A DNA stretch of 64,000 nucleotides from Eledone cirrhosa (GCA_964016885.1 OZ024743.1:217310001-217374000); one strand, 5' to 3'. Positions 28,084 through 41,548 are shown, numbered from the stretch's first letter. Made by a program: numbers and translations. The notes: generated by a model from the letters alone, not told the origin.

Positions 28084-29057
28084 CAGGAGAACATGATATG
28101 AAGGCTAAAAAACACTTGTGGATAGTGCAGTTTTAAATCAACATATGAAAAGTGGTTTTAGATTGATGTGTGATATTGGGAAAAAATATTTTATTTAGAG
28201 AGGGGGGGGGGTTGGAAAGGATGAAAAGGGAAGGAGATGAGAGGGAGAGATGGGTGATAGAGAGAAAGAGATAGTTTTTATAACTGAGAGGAGATATATT
28301 TTTTACATAGAGAGGTTGAAAACCGTTGGAAGATACTGTATCAATTAAAAATTTTGAAAATTAACGAAGGGAGGATATGTGCGAGGGAAAAATATTTTAT
28401 TTAGGGAGGGGGGGATGAAAAAAGGGGGAGGAGATGAGAGTGAAGGTGGAGAGGGAGAGATGGGTGATAGAGAGAAAGAGATAGTTTTTATAACTGAGAA
28501 AAAGATATATTGTTTTAACATAGAGAGGTTGGGAACCGTTGGAAGATAATGTATAAATTAAAGGAATTTGAAAATTAACGAAGGGAAATTATGTATGAAG
28601 ATAGAGAGAAAAAAATAATAATTGTCGATGAATATTCTAACGTCAAAAAAAGAAATGTATATATTGTGGCAATTTCAAAATTAACGAAGAGAAAAATTAT
28701 TAAGGTTTGTGTGTAGAAGGATTTGAGAAAAATAATGTGAAGTTAAAGTTTGTATATTGGTTGAATTGATAATATATGCGAATAAAGAGTTAATATGTAT
28801 TAATAATGAGTTCGTTGATGGGGAGAAAAAAATAATAAATTAAGGATGAAATAGAGATTAAAAAGATTTATGATAGAGAGAAAAAATAATAATGATTGCG
28901 GATGAATATTTTATATGTTATGATTTTACAAGGTGAAGATAGAATGAGGGTAATGAGTAAACAAGTATTATAGAGTGTATAATGCCCTTTAAAGTAAGGT
29001 TGATGGGTATATTTTAAAGAGGTGAGAAAAGATTCTAAATTGATAAAGAATTGAATA

Positions 29058-30135
29058 TTAACTGTATACTTTGTGAAAAGTTCTATGGAATTTATGCAGG
29101 CAGATAGAAAACAAATCTGTGCGTCAATTTATTATAGAATCTAGGTTAGAGATAATGGTAAATTTTTCATTTAGGCAGAGATTACAGATTTTAGATAGAG
29201 AGCTGTTCAAGTATGAGGATGCAGAAGAAATCTTCTTCCAAAAGATGGTATATTTAATGTTTTTGTCTTTTAAGGACCATATGAGTTCTGAGAGAGCAGT
29301 GTTAGTTCTTTTAAGTTTGTATTTGAAAGATGAATGATGATTATAGAGACGAGCTTTAAAAGAGGTGGAAGTGGAGCCAAAATAGGTGAAGGAATTGGTG
29401 CTAGTTATAATTTTACATTCATAAATTAAGTTTTTATCGAGACAATGGTTGTTGAGAGGACATTTATTTTTAATGCGGCAGTTGCAATTAGAGAGATTAT
29501 TAATGAGTGATCTAGTGTTATCTATAGAAGGAATTGGATTGGAGAAGTTGTTTGCGATAGGAATAATAGGAATAATAGTTTCTTGATTTAGAGTTGGATT
29601 ATGAACATTTAGCGAAGTTGTGTTTGACGTTGTATTTGGGTTTACAGAAGTTAGCCTAGGGTTTACAATGACGTCGGGAGTACTATTACTGTTATTATGA
29701 AATTCAATATTGGAAGGAAGAGATTTAGTATTTAGTATTTTATTGTTGTGTTTAGAGATGATGTTGGAAATATTGGAGGATGTAGAATACGAAAATTTGA
29801 TGGTGTGTTTGTTAAATATTTTACTATAGATATGTGAGGGAGGGAAGCATTTATTTAAGGCACTAAAGAATAATTTAGGAATATTGTTATTAATAGAGAT
29901 GGAGAAAGGAGCATTATACCAGATTATGTTTTTGTATCTAGGTCTTTTATTAAAATTATTGGAATGGTCATGATTAATTATTCTACTGTAAGTTTTTCTA
30001 GAATTTGTTTCTTTACTATATTTGATTTTATCTGGATAGCCGGCTTTAGAAAGTGCGTTATTATAGTAATTGGCGTTAGCATCAAATATGTTTTTATTAG
30101 AAGATATGTTAGATATTCTATTTCCAATATTATTA
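29058..30135 (-). pseudogene. PLE ORF C-terminal part: RT thumb, CxC..CP..C linker, GIY-YIG endonuclease
   Basis: YNNALSKAGY, NIIWYNAPFS, FPPSHIYSKIFN...KFSYS, CNCRIKNKCPLNNHC, LIY..YFG....FKARLYNH, LSELIWSLK, CNLCLNEK, then an in-frame TGA and RTDLFSICLH. Confidence 0.9.
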
Positions 30136-30297
30136 TCCCTCTCATCTCCTTCCCTTTTCATCCTTTCCACCCCCCCCCCTCTCTAAATAAAATATTTTTT
30201 CCCAATATCACACATCAATCTAAAACCACTTTTCATATGTTGATTTAAAACTGCACTATCCACAAGTTTTTTTTAGCCTTCATATCATGTTCTCCTG

Positions 30298-30364
30298 TTT
30301 TATCTGATGAAAACACAAATATTATTGCATGATGATGTTTGTTTTTGAAATGCGCATAATAAAA
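30298..30364 (+). ncRNA. Hammerhead ribozyme in inverted pLTR
   Basis: Stem I ttttat/ataaaa, CTGATGA, stem II 30311-30346, GAAA, palindromic TGCGCA. Predicted cut after 30358. Confidence 0.85.
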
Positions 30365-30396
30365 TACATGGAACTCCTTTAACCATCTTTTGATCT

Positions 30397-30427
<31 letters not shown>

Positions 30428-30477
30428 CAAAATTTAAACAGAGAGGTACGAACACCTTTAATTTTATTATATTCCCC

Positions 30478-30536
30478 CTTTCGATGAATGTTGGGAAAAT
30501 ATTTCGACATATTCGATGTCAGTCCTTCATCAGAAG
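30478..30536 (-). ncRNA. Degenerate hammerhead-like motif
   Basis: ctt-CTGATGA-aggact-gacat cgaat atgtc-GAAA... Stems I and III are unclear. Confidence 0.35.
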
Positions 30537-31816
30537 TAGAAGAGTTCAGGAGATAAAAAGTAAATTATTCAGAAAATAAAAAGTAAATTAAAGCGACATG
30601 GGTGTGTATATGTCTTGTTTTTCATTTTGTGTGTTTATCTGTATTTGTGTATTTGTGTGTATATATCTTGTTCTTCATTTTGTATGTGTATCTGTATTTG
30701 TGTGTATATATTGCTGGAATGGACAATACATAGATCGTGATGGTGTCTAAGTGTGTCAGCCTGTATCAACATTGTATGTGCGTAGTTTGACTCTGAAAAT
30801 ATTTAATATATTTGTGACAAATATGTATCTGTTTATTATGCATCCATTCATTAAAAAGAATGAAACAACTTCAAAGCATGGAAAAGCTGACGTTAAAATA
30901 AAAAAGCTGTTGAATTTTTATAACAACCACACTATACAACGCTAAGTGTGAAAGGTGTGTGTATCTGTGCTGGTGTGTGTTTCTATGTGTTTATTTATTG
31001 AGAAGATTGTTATTTTTTTCTCTGTATGCGTAATTAATCTAAGTATGAGTGAGTGTTACCGTATGGTACAGCAATATGGTTACTGTGTCGCTGCTCACGG
31101 GGATTATGGAGGTTACTAGATGCGGTGAAGAAAGCAAATCAGACGAAGAGACGGCAGTGAATATAAGTTCTAGTATGTATTTAAAAACAAACATAGCTGC
31201 TGCCCCCGCTGGCGGCGAGTGCCTCTGTGTGTATGTTTGTGTGTGTGTGTGCATGCACGCACCTGTGTATGTGCATATTTGTTGCCAATTTTGCAATATT
31301 ATCTGTGTAACACGCGGTTCTTCCTCCATCACATCGTTAGACGAGTGACTCATTATTTAATTATATATGTATTTTGCCATCACTGTATTATTTCAGGTAA
31401 ACTCTGAATCATTTTCGTCTTGTAAAATACTCCAGTATAGAGTTTAGCTAACAAGTTACACACAGTTGCACCAAACGGAGAAGCAGACCTGAAGAGTACC
31501 CCCGATCAAAGAAGGTACTGGATACATTAGCCAAGCACGTAGATATCTATTACATATAGAAATTACTTGGATGGGAATAAAACCATTTCATTCGTTTGAA
31601 AACATCCAGAATACAAGGCATCTTTGATCAAGTTTGATATCGTGATATTATTTTAGCGGGAAGAAAAACGAAAAGGAGGAGCTAGCAAAATGAGAAGAAA
31701 TAGAGATGAAACGGAGGAGGATAATGTTGATTGTTATAAGGAGTGGGTAGAGAGTTTTGGAAAAAGAAAATAATGTAGCTGGGCTGAAATGAGCAGGGTT
31801 AAAGATATCACTGTCT

Positions 31817-32021
31817 GAATATGATGATAAAAACGCCTTCTGATAAGGGTCCGAATATCATTGAAAGGGGTTTATGATTTCCAATTTACAGCTTAATCCG
31901 TATTATCTACAATGTTTATTAATTATGTGTATATTAATATACACATAGGTGAAATCGAGGCTAACTACGCTGTATGTATACGTATATAAATTAATCGTGC
32001 GATTCGGGTGCTAGCACACTT

Positions 32022-32096
<75 letters not shown>

Positions 32097-32203
32097 AGTG
32101 TGCTAGCACCCGAAACGTACGGATTAAGCTGTAAATTGGAAGTCATAAACCCCCTTTAAATGATATCCTGACCCTTGTCAGAAGGCGTTTCTATCATATA
32201 TTC
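31817..32203. repeat. Inverted repeat centred on a (TA)n tract
   Basis: 31817-31901 pairs with 32117-32203. ttcgggtgctagcacacttct (32002-32022) pairs with 32094-32114. The centre is pure (TA)n. Confidence 0.8.
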
Positions 32204-32291
32204 TGTTTATATATATATATATATGTTATATATATTATATAATATATATATATATATTATATAATATATATATGTATATAATATATATATA

Positions 32292-32378
<87 letters not shown>

Positions 32379-32619
32379 CGATAGTTAGATAGATAGATAG
32401 GTAGATAGATATGTAGATAGATATATTGCACATGTGAGTGTTGAGCCATCTTACATGTGCATATGAATAAGGACATATATATATAGAGAGAAAACGAAAG
32501 AAGTGTGGTAAGGAACCAGGTGGACCATAACTCAATACTAATACTCAATACCAGAAATAGCCGTCGAAACGGCTCGAGATCTGCCGTCGGGGTCTTGAAT
32601 ATTTTCCTATATATATAAA

Positions 32620-33185
32620 GGGAGAGACGATGGACACTGGAAGGTAATATCCGTAGTGGTAGATCACTCAGTCCATGGGACGAGCTTGGTAGAAGTAGTA
32701 ACAAAACAGTTAGTTCACCATACCGAGAGCGATTGTTTCACCGTATGCGGATCTTCAGTTTGGACTGGTAATGGTTTTACGCAACAGGAAGAACAACCGT
32801 ATGAAAACAGATGCGCACAAACGGTCACTTCACCCAAGCGATACACAAAACCACGGGCGAGAAGTGTAATGAAGATAACTGGGGATGTCCGGAATAAAAT
32901 GTTCGAGTTGATTAGAAAATTAGAATGGTGTTGTTATTCAATCCCGAGCTTTGTAGTTATGCAAGAGATTTTTCCAGGCTTGTGGACAACGCGAGAAGAT
33001 TTCGTTTCTTCATTTAGGCAATCGGTATTGCCTAATCTCCTTAGAATATTTATCCTTTCCTCAATACATAGTCCATAAGAGGGATTGCCCCTTAGGTATG
33101 GGTTGGACTTATGGATAGATTTCCATTGAAAGTAGTAGTCTATACCTGAGTCTTTGAGGGACCATACGTGGCTCGCGAGGTTCGT

Positions 33186-33190
<5 letters not shown>
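32620..33190 (-). mobile_element. PLE 3' fragment (Naiad-like GIY-YIG C-terminus, 3'UTR, HHR)
   Basis: TNLASHVWSLKD...QWK..PY....GLCIEE..I...CLN then frameshifted RNEIFSRCP. HHR CTGAAGA-tccgcatacggt-GAAA-c..g-TA at 32718-32763. Confidence 0.8.
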
Positions 33191-33223
<33 letters not shown>

Positions 33224-33491
33224 ACGCGCTTCCGTTCGTATTCACATATATTAAACATTATACATATATATATAAGGAATTGATTAATACAAGGAGAATA
33301 CTGCAGAAAGCATTTGCCCAATGTATGGAATCGAACGGAGAAACACAAAGCTACATATAGATATGTAAGTCACTATGCTAACTGAGTAGTTGATAAAATA
33401 TATTATCAGAAGAAAGTGTACATTCACTCACACGTATATGTATAAATATGTTTTCCAGACACATTACCATTTAGGAAATAAAGAGAAAATG

Positions 33492-33581
<90 letters not shown>

Positions 33582-33646
33582 CGTGTGTGTGTTTGTGTGT
33601 ATGTGATATGTGTGTATAGAGAGAGAGTCTTATTTCTCTGGAATTC

Positions 33647-33708
33647 TAGTCTGATGACCCTGTAATAAATGATAAACTGGCGAAACTCCAGATTAACAAG
33701 ACTTACTA
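33647..33708 (+). ncRNA. Degenerate hammerhead
   Basis: tagt-CTGATGA-ccctgt...actggc-GAAA-ctc...gac-TT-acta. Confidence 0.5.
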
Positions 33709-33750
33709 TTTAGCCTCAATAAAAGGAATATTTATATATATATATACATA

Positions 33751-34474
33751 AGTTTAATATAGAAGATCTTCTACAGGACTAGAACAGTTTCATTCGTCAG
33801 AAATCTTCAGGGAGCTGGCTGTCCAAGTAAGTAGTGGTATATATATATCTTTTCTTTTTCTGGTGATTGGAATAGGGTTGGGATTGTGATGGGTGAAGGT
33901 CATTGGTTGAAGGATTTAAAGAAAACGGAGATCATTAAAAGCTAATGCTTTAAAGCTATAGTATTAACAAAGGCAGAAAGAATACTGTAAAGAAAATCCT
34001 ATTTGGAATACCAATCCTAGTTTATCACTTAGACTAACAATGCCTTTAAGACAGGTGTCTACAGGATGGGTGGGGTTCAATGGTTTAAAGAAAAGGGACA
34101 TTTTTTAGAAGCTAATTCTTTAAGGCCGGAATAAGGGTGACAAAGCCAGAGAAGGTTCCATCCACAGATTTAAGTGTTGGGGTGATTCCCCTTATTGTGA
34201 AGTTTATTTAAAGAATTAGCTTTTAATGAACTCCCTTTTCTTTAAATCCTTCAACCAATGACCTCCACCCATCCCAATCTCCACCCTCTCCTACCACCAG
34301 AAAGGAAAGGATATAAATACCACTACTTACTTGGACAGCCAGCTCTCTGATGATTTCTCACGAATGAAACAGTTCTAGTCCTGTAGAAGCTCTACTATAT
34401 TAAAACTTTTATACTCTGCTATTTATTGAGTACCTTACTTACTGTGGTTACCTCCGATTCAACCCGGAATAACT

Positions 34475-34475
<1 letters not shown>
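33751..34475. mobile_element. Older inverted-pLTR cassette with opposite-strand HHRs
   Basis: Diverged arms at about 33751-33954 and 34207-34407. HHRs at 33766-33816 (-) and 34341-34391 (+). Tail 34408-34475. TA tracts on both sides. Confidence 0.75.
34341..34391 (+). ncRNA. Hammerhead ribozyme, type I
   Basis: agctct-CTGATGA-tttc tcac gaat-GAAA-cag ttctagtc ctg-TA-gaagct. Confidence 0.65.
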
Positions 34476-34507
<32 letters not shown>

Positions 34508-37112
34508 ATTTATATTTATATTAGTTATTTGCATAGAACCTTTAAAGATCAAGTGTATATAGAACAATACAGAGGTTGTGCATATCCTTGAGGTTAGAAT
34601 ATTTAGAAAATGTCTAGATAACGAATCATTCTGATTTAGATATATTATATTTCCCTATAAATTTGACAGTAGTGATTGTTTTCCTGTAGCGCAGCAATAA
34701 TTTCATAGTTTGCACTTTCAAAATAACGCAATATTTTTCAATCCTATGTTGTTCCTTCTCTGTGAATTACCAGAGTCCTAACAACGTCGGATAAAAACTG
34801 TGTGATATTCGTTCTGGCTCTCTGCTCTTTCTGATTTCAAATTTAATCAAGGTCAACTTTGCATTTTATTCATTTATGGTATGAATACAGCAGATTTCCT
34901 CCAGAGGAATCTGTTGTATTCAGACCCGGAGAGGAGATGTGCCCGCCACCGTTAAATATGCCCAAGAAATACCACATATCACTACGGAACAATTACAATT
35001 CCATCATTTGTTACGAGACCACACATACATACATACATACATACATACATACATACATACATACATTGCTGAGAGCGTGAGGTAGCAGTTGTTGCTATAG
35101 ATATATACTTCTACTAGTAACAAGAAGAAACATAAATAGCTTTGAAACTAATATGACCAAATATTGAACTAAACAGATCGGACACCGAGTTAACTGTTGT
35201 TTGATTAATAAAAAATGATAAATTTATTTAGGGTTCTGGTGATTACATTAACTTACAATCTAGAATTGAAGAGTATTTATTGTATGGCTCGAATGAATAA
35301 CAGTTTTTGATGAGAGACCAACAAGTGTGGTTAAAGTAGAAGCAGTCAGACTGGGTTGTCTCAATAATCTTTATTCTAATGAGAATAGTTAGATGCAGTA
35401 AGACACGAATTATATATATTTTTCCATAATTCATATCGGTTCCTAATGAATGTTCATTCATGTAGCAACTCCATTTCTGCATTCAACTTCAGAAAGGGAT
35501 GTCCCTATAATGGCGCTTAAGTGAAATAATTTTTCTTTTCTACATCACTAATGCACTTGCCAGATGCATTAACATTGCAAATTACTACTCTGCACACCCT
35601 GTAACACTCGCGCGTCTTGCTAAAGAAAAAGTGATTTAATAGCTGGAGTATGACGGGTAGTGTTCAGTAAATGTTAGGCTGCTAGATTAGTGCACCGCAG
35701 TTGTTTGATTGATGCATTGGCTTTATTTAATATAACTCACACAAGAATCAATTTTTTCTCTGGGCTTAGAATGTCAGTTACTGATGGCAATTCTAACGAT
35801 TAAATCTCCTTTTATGCAAAAGAAAATATGTTTCTTGTTAAGGGAAAATTATTGAACACTTAACTCGGTAATATAAAGTGCCTTCCTGTTGATCAATAAT
35901 ATACCAATGGAAATGGTCAGAGTAATAGTAATATAAGTGAATTATATTGCTATATTTGGGAATCGAAACGCGTTCCTGAATCTGTCTATTGAGATTTGTT
36001 GTTATATAAACTCTTAAAAGGAAAGGAAATATTAACTATTTTGCAAGAAATTTAATTAGAAAATGAGTTGGTATAATTTCGCTTTATCTGAAATGTTTAC
36101 AAAACCTTCAAAAATGTTGAATTGTTTAAATGCTTACTGTGAATCATTGAGAAAGCAGGGCTGAGTAAAATTCAAAATGTTTTCCATTTAAAAAGAAAAA
36201 TGCCAATTGATACATTATTTTTCTGACATTTAATATTTCCAATTTGTTACATGTCTTTAGAATATAATTTCAGTTAAACATAACCTGCTAAGGTGTAGGA
36301 TTTACTTCATGTAATTTTAAAGCGGTTTCTACTTTCTATCTTTGTGATTTGCCGAGTATGTACCCCCACTGCAATTTGTTATTGCAATCCGTCTGTCTCT
36401 GACTCGAAAACATTTCAATTCAATTCACTTATACTTTCAGGCTATTAAGAAACAATGTAATTTAATGAACACCATAACATCATACGTTAGGCCTACACGA
36501 ATATATATTTCGGGTTCATTAAAGCAAAGATGTACTAATATGTAAGATATTATAATATATTAGAATTTAAGATTAATTATTTTATCGGGCTGTTAGAGAT
36601 GGACTTCAAATCTCGTGTAAAGTGACAGAGAATATTACTTCCAGATTTTCTATCAATTTAACTGACTATATTTATTCTAGAGCATTACATGGAATTCATT
36701 TATATTTTCATAAAAATATTGACAAAAGCATTTTGACGAACTAATGAATATCGAGCAATAAGGATAAATTGAAAATCATTAGGTGCGTGTGGTGGCAATG
36801 CTACCAACGTGACTATCCCGAAATATCATGATATCAATTTCAACATTCGATATCGCATAAACTAAAATATTTGAAATGAGTAGACAGGATATTTATTCTA
36901 TATTTACCCTTATCTTATACTGCTTAAAAATGTAAATACATATAGTTTTGCTGGATTCGATCCAGCAGACAATTTGGAGTAGAATAAGTCGCATTAAGTC
37001 CATTAAACGGATTGATTGATGTTACAAGATTAAAGTTATTTAAATGAATTTTTTTTTTTTGTCACTTTACATATAATTGCTTACATCCCATTTAATTTCC
37101 TTACATCCCATT

Positions 37113-37180
37113 TAATACTCTTTTACACTTTTACCTGTTTCAGCCATCCGGCTGAAGCCATGTTGGGGCAACGCCCTTGA
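37113..37180 (-). mobile_element. 3' end of a second SINE family (octopus OR-type tail)
   Basis: tactctttta..cttttac.tgtttcag.cat...gctg..gccatg.tgg.gca.cgcc resembles octopus SINE tails as I recall them. Confidence 0.45.
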
Positions 37181-37527
37181 TATCTGTACGTTTAAGAAAT
37201 CGTTTCTAACTGCATGTAATTCATTATAATCAGGTTGAATACAATACATCTCACTGCAGAGAGAGATGGATCTATTGTACTCGAAGCTGATCATTTGTAG
37301 TTACATAGCTGCTATTGACTAAACAATATATCGATATGAACATTCAACCTTTTGAAACGATTGTAAAACAATAAACTAATTAAGCACGAAGCTTTGCTTT
37401 CCATATTTCATTATTCAACCCATGTTACTTGCTGTACGCGAGAATCGAGTGCTCAACCGGCATACCGCCTACAGACGTAATTTTTGTTGCAACAATTCAC
37501 CAATGTGTATGTATGTATATTTATATC

Positions 37528-37925
37528 ACCGGGAGAGATGACCCCTTAGCCTTTGTCAAGGCAGAATTCTAGGAGAAGGAAAACTCTGATATAACACCTG
37601 CAACCCTGATGGTATCCAATGATGTTGACTTGTTCTTCTTTTTGGTAAATATCATCTTGGTTAAGAGAGTGGGACTGGCTTTGTGCAGTGCCTTTGCTAA
37701 CTATAAAAGCTTCACGGCACAGGCATTGCTTTATATCTGGAGATCTCTCTGCACTTGTCGTCACATGGTACAATGGGCCCAGCACTATGTGTCAATAATT
37801 GTCACAAGTGCAGTGTTTGTACCAGAGTTTTCAAGTCGCTGGCTGGACTAAAAAGTCACACACGTTCAGCGCATCGGTAGGGGTTCTCCTACATGGATAT
37901 AAAGTAGTGGCCGTACTCGAAAACA
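37528..37925 (+). mobile_element. Second copy of the 16760-17360 repeat
   Basis: Near-identical over about 390 bp. Confidence 0.8.
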
Positions 37926-37932
37926 TATACAT

Positions 37933-37972
<40 letters not shown>

Positions 37973-38653
37973 ATACTTGGGGAGGGTCATATTTGCGTAA
38001 TATTACCAGAATTAATAACAGAACACACTCACTGTTTGGTTGGTTTTCGCTTGTGCCAAGCATTATATATATATATATATATATATATATCTGTGCGTGC
38101 GTGTGTGTGTGTTTATTTGTATAGTAATGATAACTACAAAGACCAAAATCCGAAGAAGACTCCATAAGGATTGTATATATGTATTTATATATATAAGTAT
38201 ATATAAAAAACCCGTAGAGCAATTATTTATTATTTGGACAGATTAAAGTTTAAGCAAAGAACTTCTGCATTCAAGCTATACCGGATGTTCTGAAACCTAG
38301 AAAAAAACTGTTGAAAATGTTTCAATAAACGTTATGATGAAATATTGCCCTTAGAAATCAAGAAGACATTCGCTTGCAATGGGCGAAATATATGCAATGA
38401 TAATTACGTCATGATGTGGAGCGAGAAGAGCAATTTCTTGCTATGGAAAAAAAACATACCTTTATTACGAAAATATCAGGTTTTTAAGAACAAAACATTG
38501 AGGTTTTTATTGATTAAGTTCAGTTATGAACAATTAACAGCAGGTGGCTCAGAATCAATATTAGTGTTACAGAACGGACTACAGCTCCAATATTCTCACC
38601 AGACTTGTTAATCTAGTAAAACAAAAGAAATCAACTCTCTCTATATATATACA

Positions 38654-38705
<52 letters not shown>

Positions 38706-38711
38706 ATATAT

Positions 38712-38811
<100 letters not shown>

Positions 38812-39404
38812 CTAAAAGAATAGAGGTGTAACACACAAGTTATTATATATTGGATGGAAAACGGAATAGAAAATGCTGACAAATTGTTCACAGTTGAAAA
38901 ATGGTTTAATTAGGAATAAAAGAGTATTAGTGATTGTATGGGTTAGTATTCAGTTGTGGTTCTAAGTTTTTAAGTTTTTACCGGTTGCGCATTTCTAAAT
39001 GCTTTTCAAAAATAATTTTGAGATAGAGTGTCCGTGCTGTTTGCTCTGATCTGATTAGTTTTGGGAATTCTACCTGTTTTTATGTTAAAAAAGTGGCTCC
39101 AATTTGCAAAAATTCTTGTGGTCAAAACAATTTTGATTGGTCGGTAGAGGTCATGTGAATGTAAATAATTGATTTTTTACATTCACATGACATATACAGG
39201 CTCCTGTCTTATTAGCACACCACTCCTCACTGATTAACCTCAGTGTCACGTGATTGATTCTTTTGAATTTGCCACCGACCAAGTAGGCAGAGATTTTTTC
39301 AATGTCCTGGAATTTAGTCCCCGCTCGCTGTTTTCCATCCACTGAATTATTTTTGTATAAGTTCCCTGTGTCCACGCATTGCCTGGTAACTTAGCTGAGA
39401 ATAG

Positions 39405-39485
39405 ACTCCCTGATGACGTAAGGATTCTCTATGGCTCCGTTCGGTAACCATATTTATTCCCTTACAGAAACTAATTAGTTGGAGT
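39405..39485 (+). ncRNA. Hammerhead ribozyme, type I with long loop 2
   Basis: Stem I actcc/ggagt, CTGATGA, stem II gtaagg/ccttac, GAAA, palindromic CTAATTAG, GTT triplet. Confidence 0.75.
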
Positions 39486-39533
39486 GAAATTTTAGTAAGT
39501 AAGTTGATTTTCATAATTTTCTTATTTTACGTC

Positions 39534-39610
<77 letters not shown>

Positions 39611-40106
39611 GAGCGAAAGAGAGAGGGAGTATGTATATTTATTTATATTTACATGTATTTTTCCCAGTTATCTTCATAATCTGTGACACAGGTTTTCCTC
39701 TCCTACTATGTGCGTTGATCATCTCTATGTCTTGCCAACTTATCTGAATATATGGGCGTAGATAGGATTGAATTACTGGTCCTTGCTTCTAGCTACATTG
39801 TTTTAATTTTTAAATACATTTGCATTAGCTGATATTATTGGTAATTTCCTCCCCTCTCGTTGATTTGAGATTTGAAACCGTTCCTCAGGGACTTTTATCT
39901 ACTTATGACAACGACAAACTCAGTAAATCGATAATCTCAGTTAGACGTTTTCCAATGCAAAATATTACACATATACGCCTCTATAGAATGTTAATCTAGC
40001 TGGCTGGTCTACCCTCTGAGCTTTGTACCCCAGCTATACTGTTTGTATCAAAATACGATTCACATAAATGTACATCATATTAAAATATTCTTTATACATG
40101 TGTCTT

Positions 40107-40167
<61 letters not shown>

Positions 40168-40327
40168 TAGTGTGGGTGTGTGTGTATGTGTGTATGCATG
40201 TATACATATATATATAATTATATATAAATACATGCATATATATATGTATACAGAGAGAGGGGGCGGGGGGTAGAGAGAGAGAAAGAGAGAGAGAGAAAGA
40301 CATAGAGAGAGAGAGACCATAATAATA

Positions 40328-40656
40328 ATTGTTTCTTCTTTTGGCACAAGGCCAGTACATTACTGGTACTTTATTTTATCGACCCTGTATGGATGAAAGG
40401 CAAAGTTAACCTCGGCGGGATTTGAACTCAGACCATAAAGGGAGGTAACTCTCTGCTTCAAAGCATCGCGCCCGACCCTCTACCGATACTGCTAATCGAC
40501 TGCCTTAATAATAATGGTTTCTCATATAGGCACAAGGCCAGCAATTTTAAGGGGGGGGGGTCGATTAAATCGACTCCAGTGCGTGACTGGTATTATATTT
40601 TATCGACCCCGTAAGGATGAAAGGCAAAGTTAACATCAGCGGTATTTGAACTCAGA
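40328..40656 (-). mobile_element. Two tandem SINE copies (40328-40505 and 40515-40656)
   Basis: Family core appears twice. The second copy is 5'-truncated and has the longer 3' variant. Confidence 0.85.
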
Positions 40657-41214
40657 AAACGTTTCATACAAAACAACATGCGAGGGTGGGCTGACTATGA
40701 AGGAGAGTTGTTAGAACTGTGAAAACTTGCATGCATTGATTTCAAATCATCATTAATAACTGCCTTGTTTCCTTCCATGAACTTTGTTATTGGTCATTTC
40801 TTGATAATATTTCAGTCAGAGTTTTAGCCGACATACGCACACCCATACAAACCAGTCCACATCACCCGTGCGGAGCCGGAAAAATCGCTATGTTTACGTT
40901 ACTACCATAAGACTCAGATTATTCTAAAATGATATTATTTGTCGCTAGTGGGTTAAAACACCCGAATAGGATCCGATTTGCTTATCTCTTGTCTTTAGTG
41001 GTCGACTACTATTATGCCCGCTACCATTGGGGCATATACATTTCAAATTTCTTCTTTGTCTTTGTCTCTCACTCTCTCTCTCTGTCTTTTGGTCTTTCAT
41101 CTTTTAATTTCTTCTTTATACATACTCCAGTTCTACCAACTGTCGAGTGCTACTTATCTGATACATGCATAGTTTTATTGTTCTACAATATAACTCACCT
41201 CCTACATATATAAT

Positions 41215-41258
<44 letters not shown>

Positions 41259-41269
41259 GATATACACAC

Positions 41270-41301
<32 letters not shown>

Positions 41302-41426
41302 ATATGTATATATGTATATATGTATATATATAATTACATATATATATTTCGCACCGTTTCCTTTCGCTATATGTCTTTCCACCACTCCCCTACACACCTT
41401 TTGAACTCTGTTCCCACACACTTCTC

Positions 41427-41458
41427 ACCTGAGGAAGGGCTTATGCCCGAAACGTCGT
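41427..41458 (+). ncRNA. Minimal hammerhead of PLE-pLTR type
   Basis: ac-CTGAGGA-a-gggc ttat gccc-GAAA-cg-TC-gt. Stem III is reduced to CG, as in PLE minimal HHRs. Confidence 0.7.
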
Positions 41459-41548
41459 CCCCCACCTACCCCCCACTCTCCTGAGCGTGAAATTAATAAA
41501 CATTTATTGTACTGCCTCTCTGTTTTGTCCCTGTTCAAATTTTTCCAT

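Larger units (their letters stand above)
27893..30400 (-). mobile_element. 5'-truncated PLE (Naiad-like) with inverted upstream pLTR, 3' pLTR and tail
   Basis: Inverted arms 27981-28246 and 30136-30400 each with an HHR. Thumb/linker/GIY-YIG ORF between them. Tail 27893-27980. (TA)n at both ends. Confidence 0.9.

Noticed and set aside
30136-30170. Start MERMKREGDERD of the 348-aa ORF
   Set aside because: It derives from the inverted pLTR read antisense, so it is not the true N-terminus.
30307-30349. HHR stem II (ATGA...TGA) as a SECIS element
   Set aside because: No apical unpaired AA at the right spacing; the tandem GA pairs are explained by the HHR core.
40860-40892. Helitron-like 3' hairpin (cccgtgcggagccgg...cta)
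   Set aside because: Degenerate, lacks CTAG, and no 5' end was found.
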